Shown here: one piece after another, positions 1 through 11,049 of the stretch
How the letters are laid out: each line of letters begins with the position of its first letter
How positions within the stretch are numbered: the stretch's first letter is position 1
NCBI RefSeq assembly: GCF_006345805.1
Contig: NC_043011.1
Coordinates: forward strand, 43,846,464 to 43,910,463
Direction of reading: 5' to 3'
DNA length: 64,000 bases
Origin: Octopus sinensis
Taxonomy: Eukaryota
The notes under the pieces: model-generated
Database searches by the model: none
The model's input: only the letters and a program-made list of their open reading frames with translations
Told to the model about the DNA's origin: nothing
Program-made: the position numbers and the translations under genes

Positions 1-92
<92 letters not shown>

Positions 93-97
93 ATATA

Positions 98-131
<34 letters not shown>

Positions 132-166
132 ATTATACTATATTCTATTATTATATATTATTATTA

Positions 167-198
<32 letters not shown>

Positions 199-377
199 TA
201 TTATTATTATTAAGGTGGCTTATTCGCAATTTACAACTACAAGGCACAAGTATAGACGTTACTGAGATGACTAAGGGTGTTAGTTAGCACCAGCATTGCT
301 AGAAATAAGAGTCAAAATAACTCTTAGCCACGGTGTGTGTTTGTGTCTTTGTGTCTGTCCCCACCACCACTTCACAG

Positions 378-537
378 CCTTGTCACAATCTGTGTCACGA
401 GAACTACGTTAAGGGTACACGTGCCTGTGGGTACACGTGTCTGTGGGTATACTTGCACGTTAATTTCACGAGCAGGGGCTGTTCCGTTGATCGGATAAAC
501 TGGAACACACGTCGTCGTAACCGACGGAATGCCAACC
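378..537 (+). mobile_element. 3' tail fragment of SINE family C
   Basis: GAGAACTACGTTAAGGGTACACGTG...TTAATTTCACGAGCAGG...CGTCGTCGTAACCGACGGA matches the reverse complement of 33522-33700. Confidence 0.7.
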
Positions 538-1442
538 AGTGGTGGTGGGAAGTGTTGGTAATTGTGGGAAGTTTGGGGGTTGCAGGACGTGTAGTGACCG
601 GTGGGAAGTGTAAAAGTTGTGGGAAATCTGGTGGGTTGGAAGTAGTGTTGTCGTTGAGGGAAGCGTAGTGGTTGTGGGATATGGTGGTTTGAATCTGTTG
701 AGATTTAGAGATGCAAATGTACGGATTAGTGATTCCACAAATTAGCTTTCTTAGAATATTTGAGGACGTGTGCGGTAGGTTGAGGGTGTGTATGATGTTA
801 CCCCACTTAGTGGTTTTCTGGAAATTGGAAGGGTGATGAGGTCCATGACGGTGTTGGCGGAGTCGGTGAAGGTGTCAATGGTGGTCGTGGTGATGATGAT
901 GATGATGATGTTGATGGGGATTGTGGTTGTAGTGGTGGTGCTGGCGGTATTGTTGTTGGTGGTGCTGCTGATACTGGTTGTTGTTGTTGTTGTTGTTGTT
1001 AAGCAACAAGATGGGTAAGGGTGATTAGGTGATGGTCTTGGGCTTAGGAGCGGGAGACCCCAGACCTTGGGAAAAAAAACAAACTTTGGTCGCCTTTTTG
1101 TAGTCGAGGGCTCTTCGTTGACGCCCGACACCACTGGGGGGGGGGGCTCGAAGTCGCTGGAAATGGAGATCTCCGGGTCCAAATTCTTGAACGGCTGCTG
1201 ATGCTGGTGCTGTGTTGATTAGGGCATTGACAACGGTGACGTTGGGGATGCTGCTGCTGATGATGATGATGAAAATGGGAAGAGGAGAGAGAAGAAGGAG
1301 GAGGATAAGGAGAAGGATGGTGACAGCTTGTGTTAGACGACGGTCAAGTTGAGAATAATGATGGTGACGACGATAATGGCGACTGCGGCGGTCACGCGGG
1401 TGGCGCGTCTGAGGGTAGTTGTAGTGTTAATCTTGGTGATGA

Positions 1443-1476
<34 letters not shown>

Positions 1477-1625
1477 GATGGTGGTGTTGGTGACGGGGGA
1501 TAATTATAACGATGACGGTTGCGATGACAGCAATAACAGGCAATTATAAAAATATTAAGGTCATTTTTATAAATAAGTGGACACCCCTCCCCTCAACCAC
1601 GTACCTTGTTGCATGTCGCCAAATG

Positions 1626-1675
<50 letters not shown>

Positions 1676-2004
1676 CACACAGCACACACCACACACACCG
1701 ACCTACTGCATCTGTCTAACAAAGTTGTCAAGGAAGCTTTACAAAAAATATTTTGTCGGACTGATATTCTATTTAATAACCTTGTTGTTATCGTTGTTGT
1801 TGTTGTAGCTTCTACTGTTGCTGTGACCTTCGTAGTTGCTGTTGCTATTGCTGTTGCTGTTGTTACTGTGGCAGCTGATGTTGTGTTGTTATTGCTGCTG
1901 CTACTGTATAATATTTCCACTGAAGTCGCCAGTAATTGTTAGAAATAAAAATTTTACATTCAACACAAAAGACAGAATAAGAAGGACGTCATCAGGAATG
2001 GCAT

Positions 2005-2110
2005 GTACTAGCTACGGCGCTACATATTCTTAAATTGGAACGATACAGAGAAGATTAAGCATGGCCCCTGCGCAAGGATGACACGAAAATTCGTGAAGTG
2101 TTCCATATTT
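2005..2110 (+). pseudogene. U6: U6 snRNA retrocopy (full length, diverged)
   Basis: GTACTAGCTACGGCGCTACATATTCTTAAATTGGAACGATACAGAGAAGATTAAGCATGGCCCCTGCGCAAGGATGACACGAAAATTCGTGAAGTGTTCCATATTT aligns end to end with metazoan U6. ACAGAGA box at 2045-2051, AGC triad at 2058-2060. The 5' stem is damaged, there is an extra A before AGC, no TATA at about -30, and it is fused directly to a SINE. Confidence 0.93.
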
Positions 2111-2113
2111 CAA

Positions 2114-2349
2114 AAGGCGGCGAGCTGGCAGAAACGTTAGCACGCCGGGCGAAATGCGTAGCCGTATTTCGTCTGCCGTTACGTTCTGAGTTCAAATTCC
2201 GCCGAGGTCGACTTTGCCTTTCATCCTTTCGGGGTCGATAAATTAAGTACCAGTTACGCAATGGAGTCGACGTAATCGACTTAAACCGTTTGTGTGTCCT
2301 TGTTTGTCCCCTCTGTGTGTAGCCCCTTCTGGGCAGTAAAGAAATAAGA
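2114..2349 (+). mobile_element. SINE family A (tRNA-type head, Deu/Nin-like core, tail ending AATAAAGAAATA), fused to U6
   Basis: Head AAGGCGGCGAGCTGGCAGAAACGTTAG (A-box-like), GAGTTCAAATTCC (B box), core GACTTTGCCTTTCATCCTTTCGGGGTCGATAAATTAAGTACCAG. More than 15 related copies in the window. Confidence 0.9.
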
Positions 2350-2361
2350 AATGGCATGACA

Positions 2362-2836
2362 GAGTTTAGATCTATGGTATGCCCGTGGCTTAGGCTAATG
2401 GTATACCAATTTTTAGACTTATGGTATGGGGAATTCGGACCAATGCTATGGAAGTGTTTAGACTAATGGTATGCTCGCGTTTAGTGTAGTGGTATGACTG
2501 TATCTAGACTTATGGTATAGTAGATTTAGACCAATGGTATACCTTTGCTTAGACTGATGGTATGCGAAGTTTAGACCAATGGTATATTTAGACAAATGGT
2601 ATGGTAGGTTTAGGCCAATGCTACGACACATTTTGACAAATGGTATGCCCATGTTTAGAGTAATGGTATGTCTGTATTTAGACTTATGTTAAGGTATAGA
2701 CCAATGGTATACCCTTGTTTAGACTAATGGTATGCGAAGTTTAGACCAATGCTATGGAATTGCTTAGACCAATGATATGCCTGTGTTTAGACCAGGTAGT
2801 TTTAGACCAATGGTTTATCCGTATTTAGACTAATGA
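2362..2836. repeat. Degenerate ~22-nt minisatellite, core TTTAGACCAATGGTAT plus 5-7 variable nt
   Basis: About 20 recognisable units. A higher-order repeat is seen at ~2527-2580 versus ~2697-2750. Confidence 0.85.
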
Positions 2837-3000
2837 TGTAATAACTTTTTCTACAATAAGCACAAGGCCTGAAATTTGGAGGAGAGGACAAGTCGATGAC
2901 ATCGACCCCAGTGTGTAACTGGTACTTATTTCATGAATCCCGAAAGGCTGAAAGGCAAAATCGACCCCGGTGGAATTTGAACTCAGAACGTAGCGAGATC

Positions 3001-3225
3001 TTTTGAGATCTTGGTACTTTGCCAATTTCTCCACTTCTTTTTAGACAGTATTTTGATCAGAGGGACTGCAATGTCTATCAGTAAGCAAGTGTTTTTGTCC
3101 CCAATCCTCGATTATTATGTCTGGGCGATTAGCTTTTATTTCTTTGTCAGTTTGAACCGGCATATCCCAGACGATTGTGGCCTGGTCGTTGTCTTTTACA
3201 TTGTTGGCTTTTTCTTAGCGATGGA
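3001..3225 (-). mobile_element. R4/Dong-like non-LTR retrotransposon, REL endonuclease fragment
   Basis: Minus-strand translation with one frameshift: DNDQATIVWDMPVQTDKEIKANRPDIII..TCLLIDIAVPSDQN..KEVEKLAKYQDLK (RPD, D-x-x-x-P-x-D and K-x-x-K-Y motifs). Confidence 0.8.
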
Positions 3226-3356
3226 ATGATGGATTAAACTCTAGTGTTTAGTTTTGATAGACGTTATATCATAAAAAGGCAGCAAATCCCAGTGAGTGGT
3301 GAAAACAATTTCAGCTGTCTGGGAGAATACGCTAAACACCATAGCACTTAATCACA

Positions 3357-3393
<37 letters not shown>

Positions 3394-3821
3394 TCCTTCG
3401 TTCTCTCCTCCCCATCTCTCTCTCGCTCTTTTTCTCTTTCATGCTCTTCTTCGCTCTTTCCCTCTTTTGTCTCCCTCTTGCTCTTTCTCTCTCTCTCTCC
3501 GCTTCTACTTTACTCTCCCTCTTTCTCTTGCTCTCTTTCCTTCTTGATCTCCACCTCTGTCGCACCCATCTTCACCCTCCCTCTCCCCCCACTCTGTCAC
3601 TCCTCTCATCTTTATCACTTTCTCCCTCTGACTCTCTATCTCTTGCTCTCTCTCTCGTCTTCTCCGGGAGAGGAAGAGAGCGGACACATTCCCTCTTTGT
3701 CTAGTTCTTTCTATCCACTGCTCTCTCTCTCTCTCTCTCCCTCTCTTATAGAGACAGAGAGTGAAAAGAGATAGACAGAGGGACAGAAAGAGAGAGAGAA
3801 AGAGAGAGAAAAGAGATAGAC

Positions 3822-3852
<31 letters not shown>

Positions 3853-4069
3853 AAGAGAGAGAAGATGAACGTTTCCAAACTTACCTGCCAGTGTCTGCGA
3901 GCAAAGGAAAGTAATTCCGAGCAAATTGCGATAGAATTAATGGAAATATGAGCAGGAAACTTACCTGGAAAATAAATAAAAAAATAAGATAAGTCATATT
4001 GAAACACAAAGATCGAAACTAGATTGAATCTCAAAAAAAAAAGTCATCAATAAACACGAAATAACATAC

Positions 4070-4458
4070 TTTTCTAATCTAGGTACAAGGCCCGAAATTT
4101 TGTGGGGAGAGGGTCAGTCGATTAGATCGACTCCAGTATGCAACTGATATTTAATTTATCGACCTTGAAAGGATAAAAGGTAAAGTCGACATCGGTGCAA
4201 TTTGAACTCAGAACGTAAAGGCATATGAAATACCTATTTCTTTATTACCCACAAGGGGCTAAACATAGAGGAGACAAACATGGACAGACATAGGTATTAA
4301 GTCGATTATATCGACCCCAGTGCTTACTGGTACTTAATTTATCGACCCGAAAGGATGAAAGGCAATCGACCTCGGTGCAATTTGACTCAGAACGTAAGAC
4401 AGACGAAATCCGCTAAGATTTCGCCCGGTGTGCTAACGTTTCTGCGAGCTCGCCGCGT
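4070..4458 (-). mobile_element. SINE A dimer (head-core-tail1-core-tail2)
   Basis: Two cores joined at GAAATA|GGTATTTC on the minus strand. The distal unit ends in the alternative tail (..GGCCTTGTACCTAGATTAGAAA). Confidence 0.8.
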
Positions 4459-4473
4459 TAATACGAAATAATA

Positions 4474-4573
4474 NNNNNNNNNNNNNNNNNNNNNNNNNNN
4501 NNNNNNNNNNNNNNNNNNNNNNNNNNNNNNNNNNNNNNNNNNNNNNNNNNNNNNNNNNNNNNNNNNNNNNNNN
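4474..4573. other. Assembly gap (100 N)
   Basis: Run of exactly 100 N. Confidence 0.99.
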
Positions 4574-5817
4574 CAATTTCAAAACCGCCTTTATGTGCTA
4601 AACGTGTTCAGCATTAAAAAGTCCTCAGATGAACTTTAAAAGTAAATATTGCATTAATTAAAAGCCACAATTTAAGACCGATGATAAATGGCCGCCGTTC
4701 ATATCTTTATAAGAATGATATAAAACGGCTATTGTATTTCTCCTTCATTTGCTATGTAGTTTAAGAGAAAACATATGTTGCTCTGCGAGGGTTTCCTCAT
4801 TGTTGACTGTGCAAGTGAGAGCGCGCGCGCGAGCGTGTGTATGTGTGTGTTTTTATGCGTGTGTGGGTATGTGTTTTTATGCGTGTGTGTATGTGTTTTT
4901 ATGCGTGTATGTGTGTATGTGTTTTTATGCGTGTGTGTGTGCGTGATTGGACATGTTATCTAACGTTCCCCTTTAATATTAAAACGCACCATACACTCAC
5001 AGTAATCAATTTAGGCGTATGACAACAGACGTTTTCTGTGTATTAATGTGTGTGTTTGTGTGTGTGTGTATACACCCATCCATCCATCCATCCATCCATC
5101 CATACATACATACATACATACATACAACATACATATGTACGTATATATGAATATGGCAAGAAACATTGTATATACATATATGTATGTATGTGTGTTTGTA
5201 TGTATATCTACACACACACACTCACTCTCACACACGCACACATACACATATATATATATATGTATCTATGTACACGTATATACATATATGTGAAAATATA
5301 CATATATGTGAAAATATATATAAGCGCCTAAAGACATTAAATAGGCGTGTGTATGTCTGTATATGTGGGTGAGTGCGGATGTGCATTTGTGGGTGTTTGT
5401 GTTAATGTATGTATGTGTGTGTGTATATATGTATCTTTGTATCCAAATCAACTGATGCGTGTTCTAAGTGCATATATTACATAAGGCAGGTTACACTTTT
5501 CGCCAGCAACATACGGCTTGCGACATTAAGACGTTAGCTTAAGAAAAACGTCCGAATGCTCAGAGCAGAAACAATAACAAATCTGAACTCTGAAGTATTC
5601 CATTCCAAGTCAAACAACAGCATCGCAGTCTGTGTGTCTGTGTGCAGAACACTTAATTCTATATGTCTCTGTTTACCATACAACCACCCGGTGGGTGGTC
5701 GCGATAAGAACGGCGGTAGGTAGCGATCATCGTTACTGTCTTGACCATCCAGGTGGAAGAATTTAGTGGTTCGTTTCCTGGCAGAACTGCTGCGTTTTGC
5801 CCATGGCTGTAGCAATA

Positions 5818-6050
5818 TATTTCTTCACTATCCGCAAGGGGCTAAACACAGAGGGGACCAACAAGGACAGACAAAGCGATTAAGTCGATTCCATCGACCC
5901 CCAGTGCGTAACTGGTACTTAATTTGTCGACCCCGAAAGGATGAAAGGCAAAGTCAACCTCGGCGGAATTTGAACTCAGAACGTAACGGCAGACGAAATA
6001 CGGCTTCGCATTTCGCCCGGCGTGCTACCGTTTCTGCCAGCTCGCCGCCT
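5818..6050 (-). mobile_element. SINE family A, full length
   Basis: Reverse complement of the 2114-2349 type, with a short CAATAT flanking duplication. Confidence 0.88.
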
Positions 6051-6559
6051 TCAATATGTTGAGCCTATGTTGGTCCGCTGTGCCTATTGAACTATGTGGG
6101 TACATAATACTCTAACGGTAAAGGGATAAAGAAAAAGAGGGGAAAATCCTTTAGAAGTTAAATCGACCATACCCGGGACCCTCAACCTAAATACTCCTTT
6201 CTGTTAGCTGAGTGAACTGGTGTAATACGAAGGGTCATGTCTAAAGACGTTTCAAGCTTCCGGCGCGAGTAATAGAACTAACTACTCCATCATCGAGAGC
6301 CTAGTTGCTTAGGGTGGCAGATGGCCCCTAATCCCTAATGTTTAGTAAGGAACTCTAACCTTAATCCCAACCTTAACACTAACCCCTAAGGATTACATTA
6401 ATCTCCCTATCTAGATATGTTATGCTAGTCTATCTCAAGTGAGGTTATAGGACCGATCTTCCGGTACCTGTGCCTTCCTTACGGCCAAGGGGACTGAGGC
6501 AACAAGCAAAATAAACCCAGGGAAGTTTTGTTTGTTTTTATAATGTTTTTGTTGTTATA

Positions 6560-6935
6560 GATGTCAGTGTTGTTGCTGTTGTTGTCGTTGTTGTTGAAGT
6601 TATCGTTGCTGTTGTTGATGTTGACCTTTTTGTTTCTTTTGTTGCTGCTGCTGCTGCCGCTGCTGCTGCTGCTGCTGCTGCCGCTGCTGCTGCTGCTGCT
6701 GCCGCTGCTGCTGCCGCTGCTGCTGCTGCTGTTGTTGTTGTTTATCCTCACGTTATCCTTACGAGACAAACTTCCGCTGCCACTACCTTCACCAGCACCG
6801 CTGCCGCCGCCGCCACCACCACCGTCACCATCACTAACACCGCCGCCGTCGCCGCCGCCACCACCATCACCACCACCACTACCACCGCCGCTGTTACCGC
6901 CACCACCACCATAACAACAACAACAACAACAATAT
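6560..6935. repeat. Compound trinucleotide repeat (GTT/GCT/CCG/CCA/ACA)
   Basis: Direct reading; explains ORFs 6479-6769 and 6561-6914. Confidence 0.9.
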
Positions 6936-7564
6936 CAACAAATAATTCTCACATTTATAACAAGGGATGAATAAATAAATAAATAAATAAAATAAATAAA
7001 TGAATAAATAGGGGGCCATTGTTGTCCCCAGTGGGAATCCATTAGTATGTGAACTGAAGGTATGATATCAGGGAAACCATTTAAAAGGGTTTAGTAAAGT
7101 AGATTAAAGGGGTTTGCTGAAGTAGAGACAGAAAGCGGCGGAGAGAAGGGAAGTGTTGCTTACTGGAGTGATGGTAAATGCTGCTTTTATTGAAGCAGTC
7201 GATGGTGGAGGTGCGAGGTGTGAGTGGGTGTGTAGGGGGAGCATCTTGTTGAAGGGAGCATACTGGAAATCTATGTTGGAATGGGTGTTTATCTGAGAGG
7301 TTTAAAGGGATCATTTAGTTAAGGCAGGGATGTAGCACCCCACCTCTCTCTCTCTTACTCCTTATAAACACACACACATACACACACACATATATATATA
7401 TTTATACACACACACACACACACACACATATATATTCATACACAAACACGCGCACATATATACTCATACACACATACACACACACACGCACGCATACATA
7501 CATACATATAGATAGATAGATAGATAATACATATAGGCGGTGCTCTAGCATGGCCTCATATGAA

Positions 7565-8425
7565 TAAACCCACAATCATGTGCACCCGGCTTTTGTCATC
7601 TCTTATGATCTAGAGCAGTGGTTCCCGAAGTGAGCAGTATTGCCCTGGGGGGCGGTGGAAAGATCCAGGGAGTGGCGTTGAAGAAAAGTGGGATGATAAT
7701 GGGGTGGCCAAAATGGGGTAATAGATGTTAAAAATATACATTAATATTTTAATTAGGTTAAAGTTTTATTTGAGAAATACAGCTGCTTTGAATTTGCTGC
7801 AGAAAGTGGACTTTATTTGTGGTGGAGAGGGTGAGATGGCGCTAGGAACTACTGATCTGGAAGCTGTGAAAAGCGATGCACATGTCATGTTGTCTCAATT
7901 CTTCATGCAGAGGTTCATCCCCGGAGCCAACGCTAACATCGAATTATTAGCCACGATGGTCATACCCAGGATTGAACACATGACCCAGAGGAGACTTTAT
8001 GTGTTTCAGCAGGGTACTGTTTGTTGATATATGTCCCTTGCCACTTAGTAGTGACTAGCCGAGAATTTTCACGGTCATGTAATCTCTCTCTCAATATGTG
8101 ACGAAAGCCCTATGGCTTTTGTGATTTGAACCCCCGTAGACTAATACATCCTGGGTTGTCATCGAGAGGCAGGTCAACTTGGATCCTCACAACACCGAAG
8201 GACTATTTTGAAGGGTTACAGATAAGATGAGTAACATAAACGAGAACCATATGATCATAGCATGTAGTCACTTCTGTGCCAACGTTGAGGCCGTCTGAGA
8301 GAGTGAACGCAGTTCTCATGAATAACCTGCTTCTTTGGTAGGATTAACTCAACATTTGTTCCACTTGGGAATACGTTTTGTTTTTCTGTCTAATGATTAT
8401 GCTCTAAATTACCTAGCGCACCCTG
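7565..8425 (+). mobile_element. Decayed Tc1/mariner-superfamily (maT/DD37D-like) transposon, C-terminal transposase half, interrupted by a hAT MITE
   Basis: Translations PTIMCT..PAFVI | AVKSDAHVMLSQFF..ANANIELLATMVIPRIEHMTQRRLYVFQQ, LAENFHGHV, DLNPVD*YILGVIERQVN, PHNTEGL..MSNINENHMIIACSHFCANVEAV resemble maT-type HVMPPHFF..YVWQQD..DLNPLDY..PHNT..RACSRF..EAV. A terminal GCGCACCCTG ends at 8425. Confidence 0.75.
7616..7854. mobile_element. hAT (Charlie-like) MITE
   Basis: TIRs CAGTGGTTCCC / AGGAACTACTG. 8-bp TSD ATCTAGAG (7608-7615) / ATCTGGAA (7855-7862), fitting the NTCTAGAN Charlie target preference. Confidence 0.75.
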
Positions 8426-9218
8426 CATGTGTATGTGTGTGTGTGGTTATTGTCTGATGATCAAGTAATTGTTTATCGCTCTGGTGCTTAGAGTAAATGA
8501 ATAATTAGTTGTTGTTTTTGTTGTTGTTGTTGGTGGTGGTGGTTTTCTCTTTTATCTCCGTGTAGTACTGCTGACATGAGGTATCTGTGTTAGTTGTAAT
8601 CATTCTTCATCACAGTGCTACACATTTTAGGGTCTGAAAAGGCTGTGACCTGGCACAATGGTTAGCACGCCATGCAAAATGCTTAACAGCTTTACGTTCT
8701 GAGTTCAAATTCCGCCGTGGTCGACTTCGCCTTTAATCTTTTCGAGGTCGATAGATTAAGTACCAGTTGCGTACTGGTGTCGGTCTAATGACTGGCTCCA
8801 CCCTACCCCAAAAATTTCGATCCTTGTGCCTAGAGTAGAAAAGAATTACAAGCACCGTGCAGCGATTGGGATTGAACCTGAAGTCATGCAATTGCTTAGC
8901 AAATTTCTCAGCCTCTTGTTTAATGTCTACAGACATTATCTCGAACATGGAACTGTTTCAGAATTTATTTTACGATACATTCTAGTCGTCTCAAGCTTTC
9001 AGGCTACATTGAGTTGATGGAAAATGTACGGAAGACTATCATATTGACTTTTCCTTTTCCTTACCTGATATATTAATGCTGGTCCTAGGGTGTTTATATT
9101 CGTGTCCGATCTATTGGAAAGCATCCAGGAACGGTCACCCTGATACCTCCATCCTAGTAAGGAAAAAAAATGACAGACTTGGTTCTACTCTGGCTTCTCT
9201 ATAACTCTATCACTCATT

Positions 9219-9636
9219 AAGGCGGCGAGCTGGCAGAAACGTTAGCACGCTGGGCGAAATGCGTAGCCGTATTTCATCGGTCGTTATGTTCTGAGTTCAA
9301 ATTCCGCCGAGGTCGACTTTGCCTTTCATCCTTTCAGGGTCGATAAATTAAGGACCAGTTACGCACTGGGGTCGATATAATCGACTTAATCTGTCTGTCT
9401 GTCCTTGTTTGTCTCCTCTGTGTTTAGCCCCTTGTGGGTAGTAAAAAAATAGGTATCTCACATGCTGTTACGTTCTGAGTTCAAATTCCGCCGAGGTCGA
9501 CTTTGCCTTTCATCCTTTCGGGGTCGATTAAATAAGTACCAGTTACGCACTGGAGTCGATATAATCGACTTAATCCGTGTGTCTGTCCATTTTTGTCACC
9601 TCTTGTGTTTAACCCCTTGTGGTAGTAAAGAAATAG
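9219..9636 (+). mobile_element. SINE A dimer
   Basis: Head-core-tail1, then a second B-box-core-tail1. The flanks share TCTATAACTC. Confidence 0.85.
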
Positions 9637-10130
9637 CTATTCTATAACTCATTTTCCCCCTTTAATTTCAAGGATGGCGAGTTATTTTCTGGTGTGTGGT
9701 GTGTGTGGGGGGAGGCTTGCCTACTCCACAGAGCCAGGTCAAACCCCGACTAAATGAGAACTGGACTTGAGAACCTGCATGTAAACTTTCCACTTCATGA
9801 GTTTCTGTGATTTTTATCTTGGTTTCTTCTCGAGATTCTCATGTGAAACGACCAAAATTTGTCACAGACGACCAACAAAACAAGTCACCACATCACATTT
9901 AGCCAGACGAAATATTTTCCATAGATGTTATCTACACACATACATATAAACACACATATATACATATATACATACGTACACACACACACACATACATACA
10001 TACATATACATATATATATATATATATATACATATGTATCTGTATATATGTGTGTGTGCATATGTATGTATAAACATATGTATTATATATAGACATAGAG
10101 CATACACACAACACACGTACTCTATGTGGT

Positions 10131-10169
<39 letters not shown>

Positions 10170-10315
10170 TGTGTGTGTGTGCGCGTATGAGTGTGCTGTG
10201 TATGGAATGGTTTCGGTTAGATATAACGATACTAATAACTTGTAAAGCGTTATGCGAATACATAGCGTAATAAGTATTAATGAATAGTAACCACGTACAC
10301 ACACACACACACACA

Positions 10316-10361
<46 letters not shown>

Positions 10362-10604
10362 AGTTCAAATAAACAATCGGTTCAAATAAACAAGTAAGAT
10401 TAACGGACAACAGGTGGACGTGCTCAAGGAATGTATGAGTTTCACGCTGAGGGAAAGGTGAGTGCTTGACGTTTCGAACATAGCACTTTGTAGGAAAGGA
10501 AAAAAAGGAAATGTCCGAAGAACGAAAACAAATCACCTTCAGTGCGTGTGTGGTTATATTGCTGAAGTCACACGCACGCACACAAACGCACACAAAGAGA
10601 CAAT

Positions 10605-10745
10605 GTGCTGAGGACTGAGGCCCACATCCAACGTTACGGTATGCAGTGGGTTGGGTATGTTGTGTGTCTTGATGACGGCAGAATTCTCAAGCAGGTGCTG
10701 TATTGCGAACTGTTTCGAGGCACTTCACCCACAACAAAAGCGAAG
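10605..10745 (+). mobile_element. RTE-like LINE reverse transcriptase C-terminal fragment
   Basis: TEAHIQRYGMQWVGYVVCLDDGRILKQVLYCELFRG resembles the RTE motif RW-x-GHV-x-RM-x-D-x-RIPKQ-x-LYGEL-x-x-G. Confidence 0.7.
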
Positions 10746-10806
10746 GAATTTCTTTGAATATCAAATATATATATATATATATATGTATGTATATGTGTGT
10801 CTGTCG

Positions 10807-10837
<31 letters not shown>

Positions 10838-10912
10838 CACATCCATATACGTATATGTACGTATGTGTGTGTGTGTGTCTGTGTGTATATTTATATATTA
10901 TATAATATATAT

Positions 10913-10953
<41 letters not shown>

Positions 10954-10992
10954 TATATATGTATATGGTGTGTGTGTTGTGTGTTGTATGTA

Positions 10993-11049
<57 letters not shown>

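Noticed and set aside
751-1182. 143-aa ORF (MDPEIS..) from the ORF track
   Set aside because: It starts at TTG and its second half is poly-Thr/Ile microsatellite. The overlapping alternative frame is reported as a finding instead.
2005-2110. Functional U6 gene
   Set aside because: Disrupted 5' stem, an insertion next to the AGC triad, no upstream TATA, and it lies inside a TSD-bounded chimera.
2362-2836. CRISPR-like repeat/spacer pattern
   Set aside because: Cores are degenerate, linkers are only 5-7 nt, there are no cas genes, and the context is eukaryotic.
6315-6400. Telomere-like CCCTAA repeats
   Set aside because: Few, degenerate and internal; more like the internal repeats of a non-autonomous DNA element, but too short to assign.
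8733-8948. ORF MFEIMSVDIKQEAEK..
   Set aside because: Most of it overlaps decayed SINE sequence and no protein motif is evident.
10415-10464. 44-nt mini-exon GGRAQGMYEFHAEGK (SH3-like start) with a GTGAGT donor
   Set aside because: The acceptor has no pyrimidine tract, the peptide is too short to be significant, and the donor overlaps a Penelope-like repeat motif.
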